NCBI GenBank assembly: GCA_977016875.1
Contig: CDRNST010000060.1
Span: forward strand, 3,348,001-3,412,000
From: Pavona decussata
Lineage: Eukaryota
Reading direction: 5' to 3'
DNA length: 64,000 bases
Part shown: piece by piece, positions 52,201-61,387 of the stretch
How positions within the stretch are numbered: the first letter of the stretch is position 1
Layout: every line of letters begins with the position of its first letter
The notes under the pieces: model-generated
What the model saw: only the letters and a program-made list of their open reading frames with translations
Databases searched by the model: none
Told to the model about the DNA's origin: nothing
Program-made: the position numbers and the translations under genes

Positions 52201-55150
52201 TGGAGAAAACGATTGAAATCCAAGATTTTCTCCAAGATTGTGGCTGCTGTCGTGTATGAAAGTTTGGTTCTGCAGAAGAAACTGAGACCAGTTTCGTGCG
52301 CCAGCGGCGACAGACTCACTCCAGGTCAAGGCTCTAACTCCATGCCGCAGTCGAAAGATGTTGTGTGAATCCAAACAATCTTGTTCAAAGAACGTCAGGC
52401 CTGCTGTTTAGGGAATTTCGCGAAAAAGACACAGCACATTACAACTGAATGCTGCAATTTTTGTCTGGCTCATGGCCATTATACCGCGAAGTCCTTTGTA
52501 TTTTATGTTCAAGATCACATTCTCAAAGTACCAGTCACAGCTAAGACTTATAAACACAATAAAGACTTTATAAGACTTATAAACACGACGGAAAGGTACG
52601 TCGACGTAACGTCCACTAACCGCCGTAAATTCTATTACCAACACTGTACGAGGATTACATTTGGATTAATTCAAGAAGACTGATGTTCTTATGGTAAAAC
52701 AGTAATCTCCTTTTCTATAACTATATTTTCAGTGAAATTCTTAATGTCTTCAATTTTCGACTTTTTGTTAAATTTTTCAGTCATTGAGTCTAGTTCCAAG
52801 TTTACGACGGGTGTAATTTTTTTTAGAACGTAAACACTCAAACATCGTTAAGTCGCTATCATTTTGCTGGCTGATTTTTTGGATGTCCTGATACATAACC
52901 AACAGATTTCTATTTGTTTGTTGTATTTAATAATATTTTCAATTTCAGCTAAAAACGTGGTACAAACTGCTTTACAAATAGCATATGAATTCTTGCAATA
53001 AATATTAGCCTTCTTACACCTGGCTATCCAAGTGGTTAAACATTTTTGCCTGCGCTAAGGCTACGAAAGACCATGTAATGTCTCTTGTAAACCAAAGCTT
53101 GGAAATTGCAATGTTTGTCACACTGCACGTTTTACAATACGAACATTAATATTCCTGACATTTTTAACTAAATGGAACTGAATATTGAACGCATCTATAA
53201 ATCATAGCAGGCGCGAGTTCTGTCATTCGTTTAGTCTCCTGAAAAACCTAGTGGGCAAGTTTGTCGGATGCAGATGTAGCAGACTAAATAACTGAATCAT
53301 TGTTTAAATTCAGACTAAACAAACTGTAAACTTTTTTTTTTTAAACTGTAGTTCTTCAATGTAGGTGGGACAAGACAAGTAAAAAGAAAAAAATGAACAT
53401 TGTGATTAAACTTTTTAGGCAAGAAGGAGGTCGCCAAGACCCTTAATGCTATTACTTTAGAGATACGCCTAGCCAAACTCGGTTTCTTACTTCAATAAAT
53501 TGGCCTGTGACATCTTAGTTATATTTGTGGTAGACAGATTACACACAAAGAAGAACCAAAATAACTTATATGAAATGTCTGGCCATGTTGTGTGCTTTTG
53601 TAGCGCGCATGATATAGCTTAAGTTCAACGACTTTGATTAGAAAACATCAGAATAATTCTGTTGAAGCAAATTCTAAAAGGTGATGTTTCACAGCACAGA
53701 CAGACAGCTTCTGCTCAAAGGCCAGAAACACATTTACTGACTCATAAGGTCCTGAAAAATACTCGAAATGGCTCTGCATTAGTTCACGTTGTTTTAACAT
53801 TGCAAAAATGCAGCAATATTGTCGACGAAAGCCAAATATATTAAAATAATAATCACCTTTGCACAAATAATCGTGGTTAAGTTATGCAATTAAATTTGCA
53901 CCCGATGAAGTTGCAAGATAACAGTTGTTAACCTACAACTAAGGTGAAATCTCTGCGACCCTCACATGTACAGCAACCTGTCACATAGTGCATACTCAGT
54001 TGATCCGAAACGAAGTGTAGGCTAAAAGCGAAACAAAACCAGCTCCAATATTTAAGAGCTCAGTAAAACACTTACTAAGGAATCTTTTAATTCCGTCTTT
54101 ATAAAGGCAATATAGCAGAAAACAAAACAGCCATTAATATGTAGAATTTTTGAAATAAATTTTTTGTAAGACAGTTGAACAAAGTACTTCGATATTTTCG
54201 TGGATAAGTTCAAAAAGTAAAATGCTTCATTCTCTGTCATCAAAATTCTCGAGGAAAGAGCCGAGTGCAGAATGTTATTTGAAGTTGTTAGTCATTTATC
54301 TCAGGAAAATAATAGACAGTAAACATTCATGATCCGATACATGGATTATATTGATCAAACGAAGCTTGCATCTTTCGGTAATTTTTTCTTTCTAATCTTA
54401 ATGTGGGAGTACAAAATACAATTAGAATTTTCATGTATATGCTATCAATAAAAAAAACAGCTGAAACTAAGCGAGTGGCCGTCCATATTTCTTCCTGTTT
54501 GAGTGCGACCACTCAAGTTAGGGCCACTTTAATGCAATTAACGTTGACTCCGAGGATTAGAAATAGAAAGTATGACTTGAGATAACAAATTAGCAAGATG
54601 AGCAAGGAGTAATGTTCATCATGATCAAGAGCTGTCTCCGGAATCGATGACCTGCTGTTTACTGGTTAGTTGTTTTAACCATTGAGCCACTCCGAGACTC
54701 ATGGCGACCACGGACATTTACTATGTTCATATATGACGAACGTACTGCGTACTTCTAAGATCACGAATGTCGAAAGCGTCCCGATATGGTGATAAATAAA
54801 GAAAGATTGCGAGAGGTTTATGTGTTGTAAAATAGAGATATAACGAGGACACTTTAAAGACGTAAAATGAAAAGTTCGATCAACTTAATTCGCCTATAAA
54901 TAGCAACATAAAAAATTCAAAAAAACAAGGCCAAAACTGACAACATGTTTATGTTTAAACGAATTAAGTTTCCAATGATTATTGACGATCTTATTACATC
55001 ATTAACTGAACTTCGTCCTGTTTTTAACACATATCTATCAAAACTGCAATAATCTCAAGAAACACACAAAAGCTACTTACCAACTTGAACAGAATTTCTG
55101 CAAGCCAACGAGAAAAAGAGTACGATCAAAGAAAATTTACTGGGCGGCAT
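467..55150 (-). CDS. Giant MUC4-like type I transmembrane mucin (SP-CAP-[TSP1-PTS-SEA-like]x7-TSP1x5-NIDO-AMOP-VWD-EGFx7-SEA-like-TM), 53 coding exons, ~3,900 aa, 3' end outside window
   Basis: Manual spliced model, all introns GT..AG, all phases compatible. Exons 5'->3': 55150-55081, 52400-51912, 50372-50208, 49948-49839, 49135-49050, 48845-48658, 47924-47754, 47040-46574, 45434-45349, 45045-44858, 44436-44266, 43547-42802, 41708-41623, 41321-41134, 40712-40542, 39823-39204, 38064-37979, 37675-37488, 37065-36895, 36176-35485, 34345-34260, 33956-33769, 33346-33176, 32456-31936, 30796-30711, 30407-30220, 29788-29618, 27510-27263, 26389-26301, 25770-25571, 23908-23738, 22118-21948, 21224-21054, 20213-20043, 18725-18555, 17989-17853, 16214-15861, 15506-15406, 14821-14726, 14129-13618, 12324-12106, 10187-9855, 8783-8529, 7507-7311, 6796-6457, 5580-5458, 5162-5040, 4772-4650, 4080-3958, 3425-3297, 2222-2095, 1986-1874, 817-467 (sum 11,699 nt). 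NIDO-AMOP-VWD-EGF-TM is the MUC4-type core. That all exons lie on one transcript is inferred from phase continuity. Confidence 0.85.
1601..1758. mobile_element. MITE with TIRs (related copy at ~20818-20942)
   Basis: GGGCCCAGTTGTTCAAAG ... CTTTCGAACAACTCGGCCC. The second copy has GCCGAGTTGTTCGAA ... TTCGAACAACTCGGC. Confidence 0.75.
2385..2670. repeat. Degenerate ~110-bp tandem repeat (GTGACCATTCAAATGAAAGCTACTGAG..TACTTTCCTGT..TTTATTATG)
   Basis: About 2.5 copies here, and a fragment near 11995-12040. Confidence 0.75.
2980..3270 (+). mobile_element. tRNA-derived SINE-like element with (TAT)n tail
   Basis: A-box-like TGGCACAGTGG at the 5' end, body GTACTCCGGTTTTCCCCTCTCC, and a (TAT)n tail at ~3237-3269. 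Confidence 0.65.
3297..7507 (-). CDS. Linker exon plus seven EGF/cbEGF-like domains
   Basis: Exon 7507-7311 (NFPPRIHGP.., beta-rich linker), 6796-6457 (two EGF-like), and 5580-5458 (DIDEC..), 5162-5040 (DVDEC..), 4772-4650, 4080-3958 (DINEC..), 3425-3297 (DIDEC..): six-Cys EGF pattern, phase 1-1. Confidence 0.92.
5750..5835. repeat. (GACT)n microsatellite with degenerate flanks
   Basis: Direct reading. Confidence 0.95.
8145..8425. mobile_element. Hairpin-ended dispersed repeat, family H1 (other copies 16316-16589, inverted 16590-16882, 51330-51620)
   Basis: Shared AATTCATCAAGAGAAAACAAAGAAAATCACT..GTGGTTTGGATATG..AAACACTCGAAA..CTCGGCTGCGCCTCG..GTGTTTGAT sequence in four places. Confidence 0.85.
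8529..12324 (-). CDS. VWD domain (with GDPH) and following Cys-containing segment
   Basis: Exons 12324-12106 ([30 protein letters not shown]), 10187-9855 (..[24 protein letters not shown]), 8783-8529 ([22 protein letters not shown]). Confidence 0.93.
8967..9334. mobile_element. MITE with TTAA target duplication (Kolobok-like termini)
   Basis: ttaa|AGGGGAAGTATCA ... TGATACTTCCCCT|ttaa. TTAA plus purine-purine termini fits Kolobok better than piggyBac (inference). Confidence 0.8.
10879..11180. repeat. Inverted repeat pair (~32 bp arms), probable MITE interior
   Basis: CCGACACAGCGGCAAAATGAGTGCGCATGCTC at ~10880 and its reverse complement at ~11156-11187. Confidence 0.7.
11285..11698. mobile_element. 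MITE with TTAA target duplication and internal palindrome
   Basis: ttaa|AGGAAACCTCCACT ... AGTGGAGGTTCCCT|ttaa. Internal inverted arms TTTTAAATTTCCCGGG..GGATTTCATGACGT / ACGTCATGAAATCC..CCCGGGAAATTTAAAA. Confidence 0.8.
12514..12645. mobile_element. Short MITE
   Basis: GAGTTGCATAAAA.TTAACG.CGGGC ... GCCCGACGTTAAATTTTATGCAACTC inverted termini. Confidence 0.7.
13187..13557 (-). mobile_element. tRNA-derived repeat with direct and inverted terminal segments
   Basis: Minus strand TAGCTCAGTAGTAGAGC (A box)..GGTTCGACTCC (B box) at ~13280-13345. Direct repeat at 13187/13447, inverted repeat at 13228-13281 / 13504-13557. Confidence 0.7.
13618..14129 (-). CDS. End of NIDO plus AMOP domain exon
   Basis: [11 protein letters not shown] then [39 protein letters not shown], the AMOP cysteine pattern. 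Phase 2-1. Confidence 0.92.
14726..17989 (-). CDS. NIDO domain exons
   Basis: Exons 17989-17853 ([18 protein letters not shown]), 16214-15861 ([31 protein letters not shown]), 15506-15406 ([25 protein letters not shown]), 14821-14726 ([13 protein letters not shown]): typical NIDO motifs. Confidence 0.9.
16316..16882. mobile_element. Two inverted H1 copies forming a ~570-bp imperfect palindrome
   Basis: TTCTCAAACTC..AATTCATCAA at the left, TTGATGAATT..GAGTTTGAGAA at the right, junction GTGTTTGAT|GTAATATATCAAACAC near 16589. Confidence 0.88.
18082..18365. mobile_element. MITE
   Basis: AAGGCCCGTTTACA ... TGTAAACGGGCCTT terminal inverted repeats. Confidence 0.7.
18555..23908 (-). CDS. Five single-exon TSP1 (thrombospondin type 1) domains
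   Basis: 171-nt phase 1-1 exons at 23908-23738, 22118-21948, 21224-21054, 20213-20043, 18725-18555. Each reads VDGNFTxWxxWxxCSxx CxxG..R.R.C.NP.P..GG..C.G......C....C. Confidence 0.93.
19829..20006. mobile_element. Palindromic MITE
   Basis: AATAGGCCA.TTCCGAGTTG.TGTGAACCTCATTA ... TAATGAGGTTCACA.CAACTCGGAA.TGGCCTATT. Confidence 0.85.
21260..21485. mobile_element. MITE with TAA flanks and internal GATCGCA repeats (Harbinger-like)
   Basis: taa|AGGCTGGTTTCCATATGATC ... GATCATATGGAAACCAGCCT|taa, with an extra internal terminus at ~21323-21340. Confidence 0.8.
22190..22890 (+). mobile_element. Fragmented SINE-like element interrupted by a decayed LINE 3' fragment (~22285-22605)
   Basis: SINE-like pieces CACATTGTCTCTCT, CGACATACTGCTGGG, GGGTTACCCTGC..ATGGACTAG..CCCATCCA..GGAGTAG..TGCTACGGAAACC. 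The insert has frameshifted [18 protein letters not shown] similarity to CR1/L2-type RT C-termini and a TAAACAAAG(TATCGT)n tail. Confidence 0.55.
23241..23455. other. Assembly gap (215 N)
   Basis: Run of N. Confidence 1.
24060..24227. mobile_element. Palindromic MITE
   Basis: AGATCCTTATCAC.CGGCGGCCATGTTG.GTCTC ... GAGACTCAACATGGCCGCCG.GTGATAAGGGTCT. Confidence 0.85.
24942..25074. other. Assembly gap (133 N)
   Basis: Run of N. Confidence 1.
25198..25268. repeat. (AAT)n microsatellite
   Basis: Direct reading. Confidence 0.97.
25313..25554. mobile_element. Palindromic MITE immediately 3' of a splice donor
   Basis: TAGACCATTTTACAGTTGTGTGCTTAGTGAC ... GTCACTAAGCACACAACTGTAAAATGGGCTA. It ends ~16 bp from the donor at 25570. 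Confidence 0.85.
25571..29788 (-). CDS. Cassette G (divergent): TSP1 + Thr/Ser-rich linker + SEA-like domain
   Basis: Exons 29788-29618 (TSP1), 27510-27263 ([47 protein letters not shown]), 26389-26301 ([30 protein letters not shown]), 25770-25571 ([38 protein letters not shown]). Same phase pattern as A-F. The last two exons are missing from the ORF track. Confidence 0.85.
26415..26710. mobile_element. Hairpin-ended dispersed repeat, family H2
   Basis: CATTAATAATTCAT motif shared with H1. Long hairpin GCAGCACGTGTTTTATCG..AAAACCAC-TC-GGCTAAGCC-TC-GTGGTTTT..CGATAAAACACTGCTGC. Confidence 0.7.
29190..29553. mobile_element. MITE
   Basis: CTTACAGTCAA.CCAGGTCACGCGT.AAC ... GTTTACGCGTGACCTGG.TTGACTGTAAG. 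Confidence 0.82.
30220..33346 (-). CDS. Cassette F: TSP1 + (TPAPSG)n linker + SEA-like domain
   Basis: Exons 33346-33176, 32456-31936 (521 nt), 30796-30711, 30407-30220. Confidence 0.88.
31308..31612. mobile_element. Compound MITE carried in every cassette intron (also ~34857, 38577, 42221, 45946)
   Basis: CCAGGGGCTAGATTCACAAAG..CTTTGTGAA..CCTGG followed by GATTCATGAA..TTCATGAATGTGGCCCCAGG. It was duplicated along with the array. Confidence 0.65.
33769..37065 (-). CDS. Cassette E: TSP1 + (TPAPSG)n linker + SEA-like domain
   Basis: Exons 37065-36895, 36176-35485 (692 nt), 34345-34260, 33956-33769. Confidence 0.88.
37488..40712 (-). CDS. Cassette D: TSP1 + (TPAPSG)n linker + SEA-like domain
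   Basis: Exons 40712-40542, 39823-39204 (620 nt), 38064-37979, 37675-37488. Confidence 0.88.
41134..44436 (-). CDS. Cassette C: TSP1 + (TPAPSG)n linker + SEA-like domain
   Basis: Exons 44436-44266, 43547-42802 (746 nt), 41708-41623, 41321-41134. Confidence 0.88.
44858..47924 (-). CDS. Cassette B: TSP1 + (TPAPSG)n linker + SEA-like domain
   Basis: Exons 47924-47754 (171 nt), 47040-46574 (467 nt), 45434-45349 (86 nt), 45045-44858 (188 nt). Canonical splice sites, in frame. Confidence 0.88.
47978..48318. mobile_element. Hairpin-ended dispersed repeat, family H3, unique to the A/B intron
   Basis: Arms AACAAATCGACGGCA..TATGGTCTATACTCTTATAGACCATAAAATGACG / CGTCATTTTATGGTCTATAAGAGTATAGACCATAG..TGCCGTCGATTTGTT around the tip AACCAC-TC-GCCTGCGGC-TC-GTGGTT. 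Confidence 0.8.
48658..50372 (-). CDS. Cassette A (4 exons): TSP1 + short linker without VNTR + SEA-like domain
   Basis: Exons 50372-50208 ([28 protein letters not shown]), 49948-49839 ([37 protein letters not shown]), 49135-49050 ([29 protein letters not shown]), 48845-48658 ([31 protein letters not shown]). Phases 1-1, 1-0, 0-2, 2-1. Confidence 0.88.
51912..52400 (-). CDS. Exon encoding a CAP/SCP (GAPR-1/PR-1-like) domain
   Basis: 489-nt phase 1-1 exon: [55 protein letters not shown], the CAP family signature motifs. Confidence 0.92.
54630..54800 (-). mobile_element. Degenerate relative of the tRNA-derived repeat at 13.2-13.5 kb
   Basis: CATTGAGC..GAGACTC.TGG.GA..CATTT.ACTA.GT.CAT..GAC.AAC.T.CTGC.TACT..GAT..GAATGTCGAA matches 13333-13422. 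Confidence 0.55.
55081..55150 (-). CDS. Putative first coding exon, signal peptide [23 protein letters not shown](G)
   Basis: ATG at 55150 (alternative in-frame ATG at 55192, in-frame stop further upstream), hydrophobic core [12 protein letters not shown], strong donor G|gtaagt. Phase 1 matches the CAP exon acceptor. Confidence 0.7.
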
Positions 55151-57619
55151 AATAAAAATTTTCCAAAAACGTGAAGAAAGAGAAGGTTTCATCTCATATT
55201 GGTTTTCATTACACTCCCGAAATCAAGATGACTTCTGCCCTACTGAAAGTGAAAAAACTGGTGATTTGATCAAGGATAATGTTTGCTTGTGGAATAGAGC
55301 TAAGGAAAGTCTGACAGCCAATACAACACTGTAATATTGAAAACAACTGATATTGTTCCTTCCAGCAAATGCAATTTGCAAGACTTCCAGGACTTGATCT
55401 TACTAAACATCCCCAACCTCGCGCGCAAACTGAAACATGTCGTGTTGAATTAATATACATGTAAAGTATGATTGTTACCATGGTAATCAATACTATCGAC
55501 TCGTCAATGTAGAGTTGTGGTTTTTTCAGTCAGGCATGATTTATGGCTTTGTCAGCACGAGAGAATATCAGTTGCTAAGTTTCTGTTTTCTTAGAAAACA
55601 GAAACCAGCCTCTCTTTTTTATCACCTGAAGCTGTCGTTAGAAACAACTTAATCTGTAATGTTGTTTTCTTTGTCAGAACTCATTATTGGCGAAAAATTT
55701 GTTCTGTGTTGGCAATAATTTAGTTTTTAAGAAATTTCTAGATAAAATCTAACTTCCACTAAAAGAAACTTCTTTAAAGGCATGGCATTTGCCCAAAAGG
55801 ATTCTTCGTTATATCGGATGCCAGCACAAACCACGGAAGTAATATCCGTTTATATTGGTAGTTTTAGCAGTTCATAAATAAATATTTCTGCCAGTTAAAA
55901 CAACTGTTTCAAAAGGACCTTCACGTTTAATCCTAAAAATGAGTACTTGAATTACGATGAAAGAGAATGTGACAAGCACATTTCTCATATTGTTAGTAGA
56001 AAACAAAGAGGCCAAAAATTAAGAAATACAAAAAAGGGAAATGAGAGCATCTAATATGACCTCCCATCTTAACCATTTATATATTAATTGACTGAAGATT
56101 TAACTCGAAATTAATTAGCGGCTTCTTTATTCTAAAACCACAATACTTCCTAACGGAAGGTGACTTCAGTTAATAAACCCAAATCGGCAATTTTTTCCCT
56201 TTACAAAAGAAGCGTCGAAAATAACTATGTGAACAATAAATTCACGCGCCATTAACGGAAGAGAAGCTTGAAAAGAGAGTAGAATACTCAGTTCAAAAAT
56301 AATCTCTTATTGTGGTTATAGCTGAACATTACTGCTTTAAATTACTAGAAAATGTAGTTCATGTCAAATTAAATCACCTTAAACATTTTGAGGCTTGACT
56401 GTTTATTAAGTCACTGTAGAAAGGTTATTTCGAAACAAAAACAACCTTTGTACGCGTCCGCCATTTTGACGATAAATTCCTGTCCGCATCGGACAGGGCA
56501 AAATGTTGGTCAAATAAACAACGGCGTAAAGGAAAAAGGTGATAAATTATAGTTTTTTTGCTTATATAACATTACTGTGTATTCGTATTTCAAATATGGA
56601 ACTTTCCTTGAGTAATTTTGAGAGAACTGAAACTTTGAAAGCATACATGCCCGCGTAATCGGCCAGGCATACCCACCAACGCTAGAAGAGATTCGAAGGA
56701 TGGTACTAGACTAGAAGGCGTGGAGAAAGCTTGTGACCGACTGCAGTGCAGTTGGCTGATGATGATGATAATGATGTTTAACTACAGAGCCATCTTAAAC
56801 AACAAAACGCAGTAATATCTTACAGGAAAGAAGTCTGGTGTCATGAGAGTTTGAACGTTTTCACTACTTATATAAGCTTGTAAAGTGAGCATTATTACTA
56901 GATTAACAGCTGCCCTTGAGTTAAAAATCCGAGTAAACAGCGACTGATTTCGTAATAAGCTGCTCTCTGTAAGATCACGGTTCAACTTCAGACAAAACAC
57001 CGAGCAACCAGCTCTCGCTTCGTCGAAAATCTCTTCGCACCGAAAATGACTAATCAGCAACAAAACTGAAAATCGCTGCTATCCTTACAACAATTCATTG
57101 AACGACTAATTGATTTTATATAAGATTCGGTAATCTTTTGTGTAACATTTAGATTCAATGTTGCTTGCAGATCAGAGGTTCGTCGATTTCCTGTGATCAT
57201 TGATATACATAAAGAAGTCTTAATTGCTTAAGATATCTCCAAAGTAAGGATCGAGATTCGTTGCTCATGTCAATTAATGTCCATTGTAATGGAAAACCTA
57301 GCTTTTACTCCCCTTCTGTAAATGTCATTCCTATTGTTTTTTATGTAAAAATTGTAGTATGTTTCTATTATTGCACTTTTATTATTCTTTAATTTTTTTG
57401 CTCTATTTAGTTGCACGCTATACGCCAGTTAGTTGCACGTGGCAGTGACCAACTCGAAAGCCTAAGCTCCTTTGGTCACTGCGCACATTTTACTTTTCAC
57501 ATTTATGTAATTTAATGCTATCTTTATATTACTTTTCTTATATATTGTAATTTCCTTTTGTATGTTGTGAGCCATTGAAATAGTGCACAATAATAAAAAA
57601 ATAATAATAAAAAAAAACC

Positions 57620-58282
57620 TTCTTGTGAAGATTTTCGAACCTTATAATCTCACCACACATTAGATGATTCTATGATCAAGCGCCATATAGATATCATAAA
57701 AGCGAAATAAGTCGTTCATTAGAGACATACCCTTCAGCATTCACAGGAACTAGAATTTTATTGACCCTCTGTTGATCTGGATTTGACCAGAAAAATTTCT
57801 GAGAGAAGCTCGTTAGTGAGATTAAGAGTAGGCACCCACAAACTCAAGATAGAGACAGGTAGATACGAAAAAGTATCGAACGACTTTGCTCTCTCTGCGA
57901 GCTCAGTACTATCAAGGATGAAATTAATTTTCTATTTCATTGTCTTGATTATTCATCCATTAGAAATGACTTTTCTGATAAAATAGGTACTAAGTTTCCA
58001 ACTCACAAATCACAAAATTTATTGTAGCGTTGATGAACACCTCTGATTATGTTGTTAATAACCAGGTGGGTAAGTTCATTTTTTCCTGTTTTGGTTTAAG
58101 AAACAATTTGTTGCCAAATAATTTCATCTAATGGAGTTTAATTCTCTTCTCTACCTTCTTTTTGTAGCAAGTACTTTGTATTTTATGTTTCTGTTACTTA
58201 GCAGAATGTTGGGACTCTTTTGACGCTTTTGCAATACTGTAACAATTTATGTGGTGATGCAAATAAAGCTTATTGTTGTTGT
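57620..58282 (+). mobile_element. Decayed LINE 3' end (CR1/L2-type ORF2 C-terminus)
   Basis: LVRLRVGTHKLKIETGRY followed, after a frameshift, by C..DEINFLFHCLDYSSIR. Ends AATAAAG..(TTG)n. Confidence 0.7.
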
Positions 58283-58801
58283 AATGTATCAGCAATAAAT
58301 AAAGATGGTGGTGATATGGCGCTCGTTTACGTAACACTGGTAGATTACATAAATTCAACGATACATATATGCGACGAGTGACTGGGACAGGAAGGGAGAA
58401 AAATTCTAGTTTAATTCTCGATGGATATCAAGCCCTTGACCTTTCCCGGCGCCATCGATATGTTGTTTTCCTCCGTAAAAAGCAATTTCAGATGAAATTA
58501 GTAGAATTTGATAAACTGATCTTGAAATCGATATTCTGACCGCATGCCACAAATCGGAGATATTTTTAAACTATTTTTCCTGGTTTACTTTTCCGAATAG
58601 AATGTTTTGTTTCCTTTTAAAGGTATTTTTTTATTGAATTTTTGTTTTATTATCGTTGTTATGTAATGTCTTTTTGTAATTTTACTTAGGTTTTAGCTTT
58701 AATGCGCTTTTGATTATATTCATATAAAATTATTATTATATACAGTATACACGACTGTATGCTAAAAACGTAACTAGCAAAGCGGGGCGCTGGCGTGACC
58801 T

Positions 58802-58802
<1 letters not shown>

Positions 58803-58875
<73 letters not shown>
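58803..58875. repeat. (TAT)n microsatellite
   Basis: Direct reading. Confidence 0.97.
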
Positions 58876-58877
<2 letters not shown>

Positions 58878-61304
58878 AAACTGAAGTCTACTTCTTCCAC
58901 AACAACGTCAATACGTCCAGGCACGCTTCGCAATCCTAAGTATTTCCACGAATTTACAGCAATTTAATTTAAGTGCCAGGCTTTCGTGATAGACAATTTG
59001 ACCTTGGAGCAGCCAACAACACTTACTGGTGCCAACACCCTGGTTATTTTTAAAACAACGCCTTTGTAATCTCTAAACAAACGGCTACTTTACAACTGGT
59101 ATGAGATTTGTACTTAAAGACCACTCAAACGACCATGATCTTCAGTGGCTTGTTCCAAGTGTTGTAGCAAATATAACGACACACTACATAGCAACAAGAC
59201 CAAAGATAATTTTATTTTCGTGTTAAAAGAATTACAGGCAGTATTTTTAGAGGCACCTTTTCGTGTTGGGCAATTTGCCTAAAGTTGTAGTACTTAAAGA
59301 AACTGCGCCAACACATTTGGCATTTTTAACTCTATTGATCGAATACACGTAATCTCTTTAATTTACAGGCGTTTTACGCTTTCTCTTGAAACTACCTATC
59401 CAACTCCTTTAACTTCAATGGTTTGTTCAAAATACAGATAAAACTGGCTAACAATATTTCATGGCAAGGAGACCAAATATGACTTATTTTATTTTGTTCT
59501 TATTATTATGTTGTGGTTTAGCGATGGGGCAGATATTTGTCAGAGATAGCCAATTAGAAAACTGCTAAAAACGACTTTGTAAATAAAAATTTCAATACCC
59601 AACACAATTTATCTGATGTCTCAAATTCATTGAGTTGGAGAAATGTTTTCAGTGTGGTCTTTCACCCCCTAAATAGGTAAACTAAAAGTACTCAAAAGTG
59701 TCTTTTATCGACGATTAAATTTATGAGATTTAGAGCTACTTTATCTTTAAGGTTAGGCTATATTTTTTATAGCCTGTAGTAAGGCCTAATTTCAGCGTCG
59801 TCCTTTCTCGCCCTTATGTCGTCGGTCGCCAAAATTGGGGCTTAAACAAGCGTCAAAGAGAGTTCGCGTTGATGTGATGTTCGGCCAAACTTTGGTTACG
59901 CGAACTTGCAATCTTATTGGTTGCTACACAATGACGGCTAGCAACAGAAGCAAAAGGCGCCTTAAGATCATGAACGATTCCATCCCCTTACAAACTCCCC
60001 CGGCATTTTATAGAAAGGAGAAAATCTCAAAAGGCTCAAAACGATTCAATAATAATAAAGACAACACACGTGGTGTTATAGTGTACTGAAGCCATACAGA
60101 TACTCGAGTTCGTTGTAATGTGTATGTTGTGTGTTTAAAACAGGCCTGAGGTTTCTTTAAGCTAGACTGTTTGTAGACGGACAACGCTGTGAAAAATTGC
60201 CTGAAACGGAAACGGTGATGAGTTATACGTTTCTTCTGCACGACCAAAGTTTTAAAACACGACAGCAGCCCGACAAAGATCACTCAGTAGCCAAAATTAC
60301 ATGCAGCCGTCCAGCTGAATCTTCTGGTCTTCGATGAGGCTTGGTACATCCTACCATCCAACTACAATATTTTTGAGTGAACGAAGACCACAAGAAGTCT
60401 TTTTGTTTTACCCTGTAGTTATCAGTTGTGGCAAAGTTCAGATGAGCTTAAACAGGAAGTTCCGGTATAAAGGGGGGCCTGGCCTGGCCGTTCTCACCTT
60501 CAGTTGTCAATCAACCATCAGATCGTAAACAAGTGACAAACAACACGTGTCTTTTTCTTCGGCTTTTACCGATAAAATCGGCTTAGTTTTCAGAATAACC
60601 CTTGTTAAACATATTAGAGCTTGATATCTTATATTGCTGTTGTGATATTATAATATTTTGAGGCATATTTTTCAGAAGACGTTTGAGTCAACAAATTGCC
60701 ACGACTGAACAGCGTCTAAATGTGTATCTCACGCCCACAAATATTATGTAATAGTGTTATCTGCACCAGGTAACATAAATATTACATAATGTTAATGAAA
60801 AGTACATACTGTTATTTTCATGATGCGTGCATCCAAACTTCAGACAGCAACATACAGAAAATAACAAACAAATGTAGCATATTTTACAATCAAAATGATC
60901 GTAATTGTATTCTGTAAGTACTCGTCGCACTCTATTAGATGAGGGCTGCCATTTATAGGGATTTTGTTCCATAAAATCTGTTCAGAACATGGACCATTGC
61001 AACGCCCTCTTAAAATGCCTCCACATGACATGCTAAATTTTTAAAACTCAAGGTGGCAAATACAAGCTCGCGTAATAAGCGTCGCAGCTTCACACTTTCA
61101 CTGTTGACAAACATGTTAGAACAACTGTTAGTGAGAAATAAAACGAGACTTAGACACGCCAAAAATTTTCCGACAAATGTCATTCCGAGGAAAGTTGCAT
61201 TGCACGTAGGGATGTTTGCCAACCAATAATTTAAGAACAAGAAATCTAAATGGAAGGTAACGAAAAGCGTCTACCAACTAAACTGAGATAGAAAGAAAAT
61301 TTAC

Positions 61305-61387
61305 CATCTGTAGAATTTTCTTCTGTGCGCGAGAGATTCTCCTAACCTTTTCGAGTTTGTCAACACAAGTTTCCAATACAGTATATC
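61305..61387 (-). CDS. Possible next exon of the right-hand mucin gene (GYTVLETCVDKLEKVRRISRAQKKILQM)
   Basis: Acceptor tttcatag|, phase 1 compatible, open, donor ATG|gtaaat. No recognisable domain and no convincing downstream exon found. Confidence 0.35.

Noticed and set aside
53020-53155. Candidate exon between the signal-peptide and CAP exons (AG..GT bounded)
   Set aside because: Stop codons in all three frames, and the flanking exons already join in frame.
60300-60412. Minus-strand SCGLRSLKNIVVG resembling a trypsin activation site
   Set aside because: Flanked by stops, with no downstream protease motifs. Probably chance.
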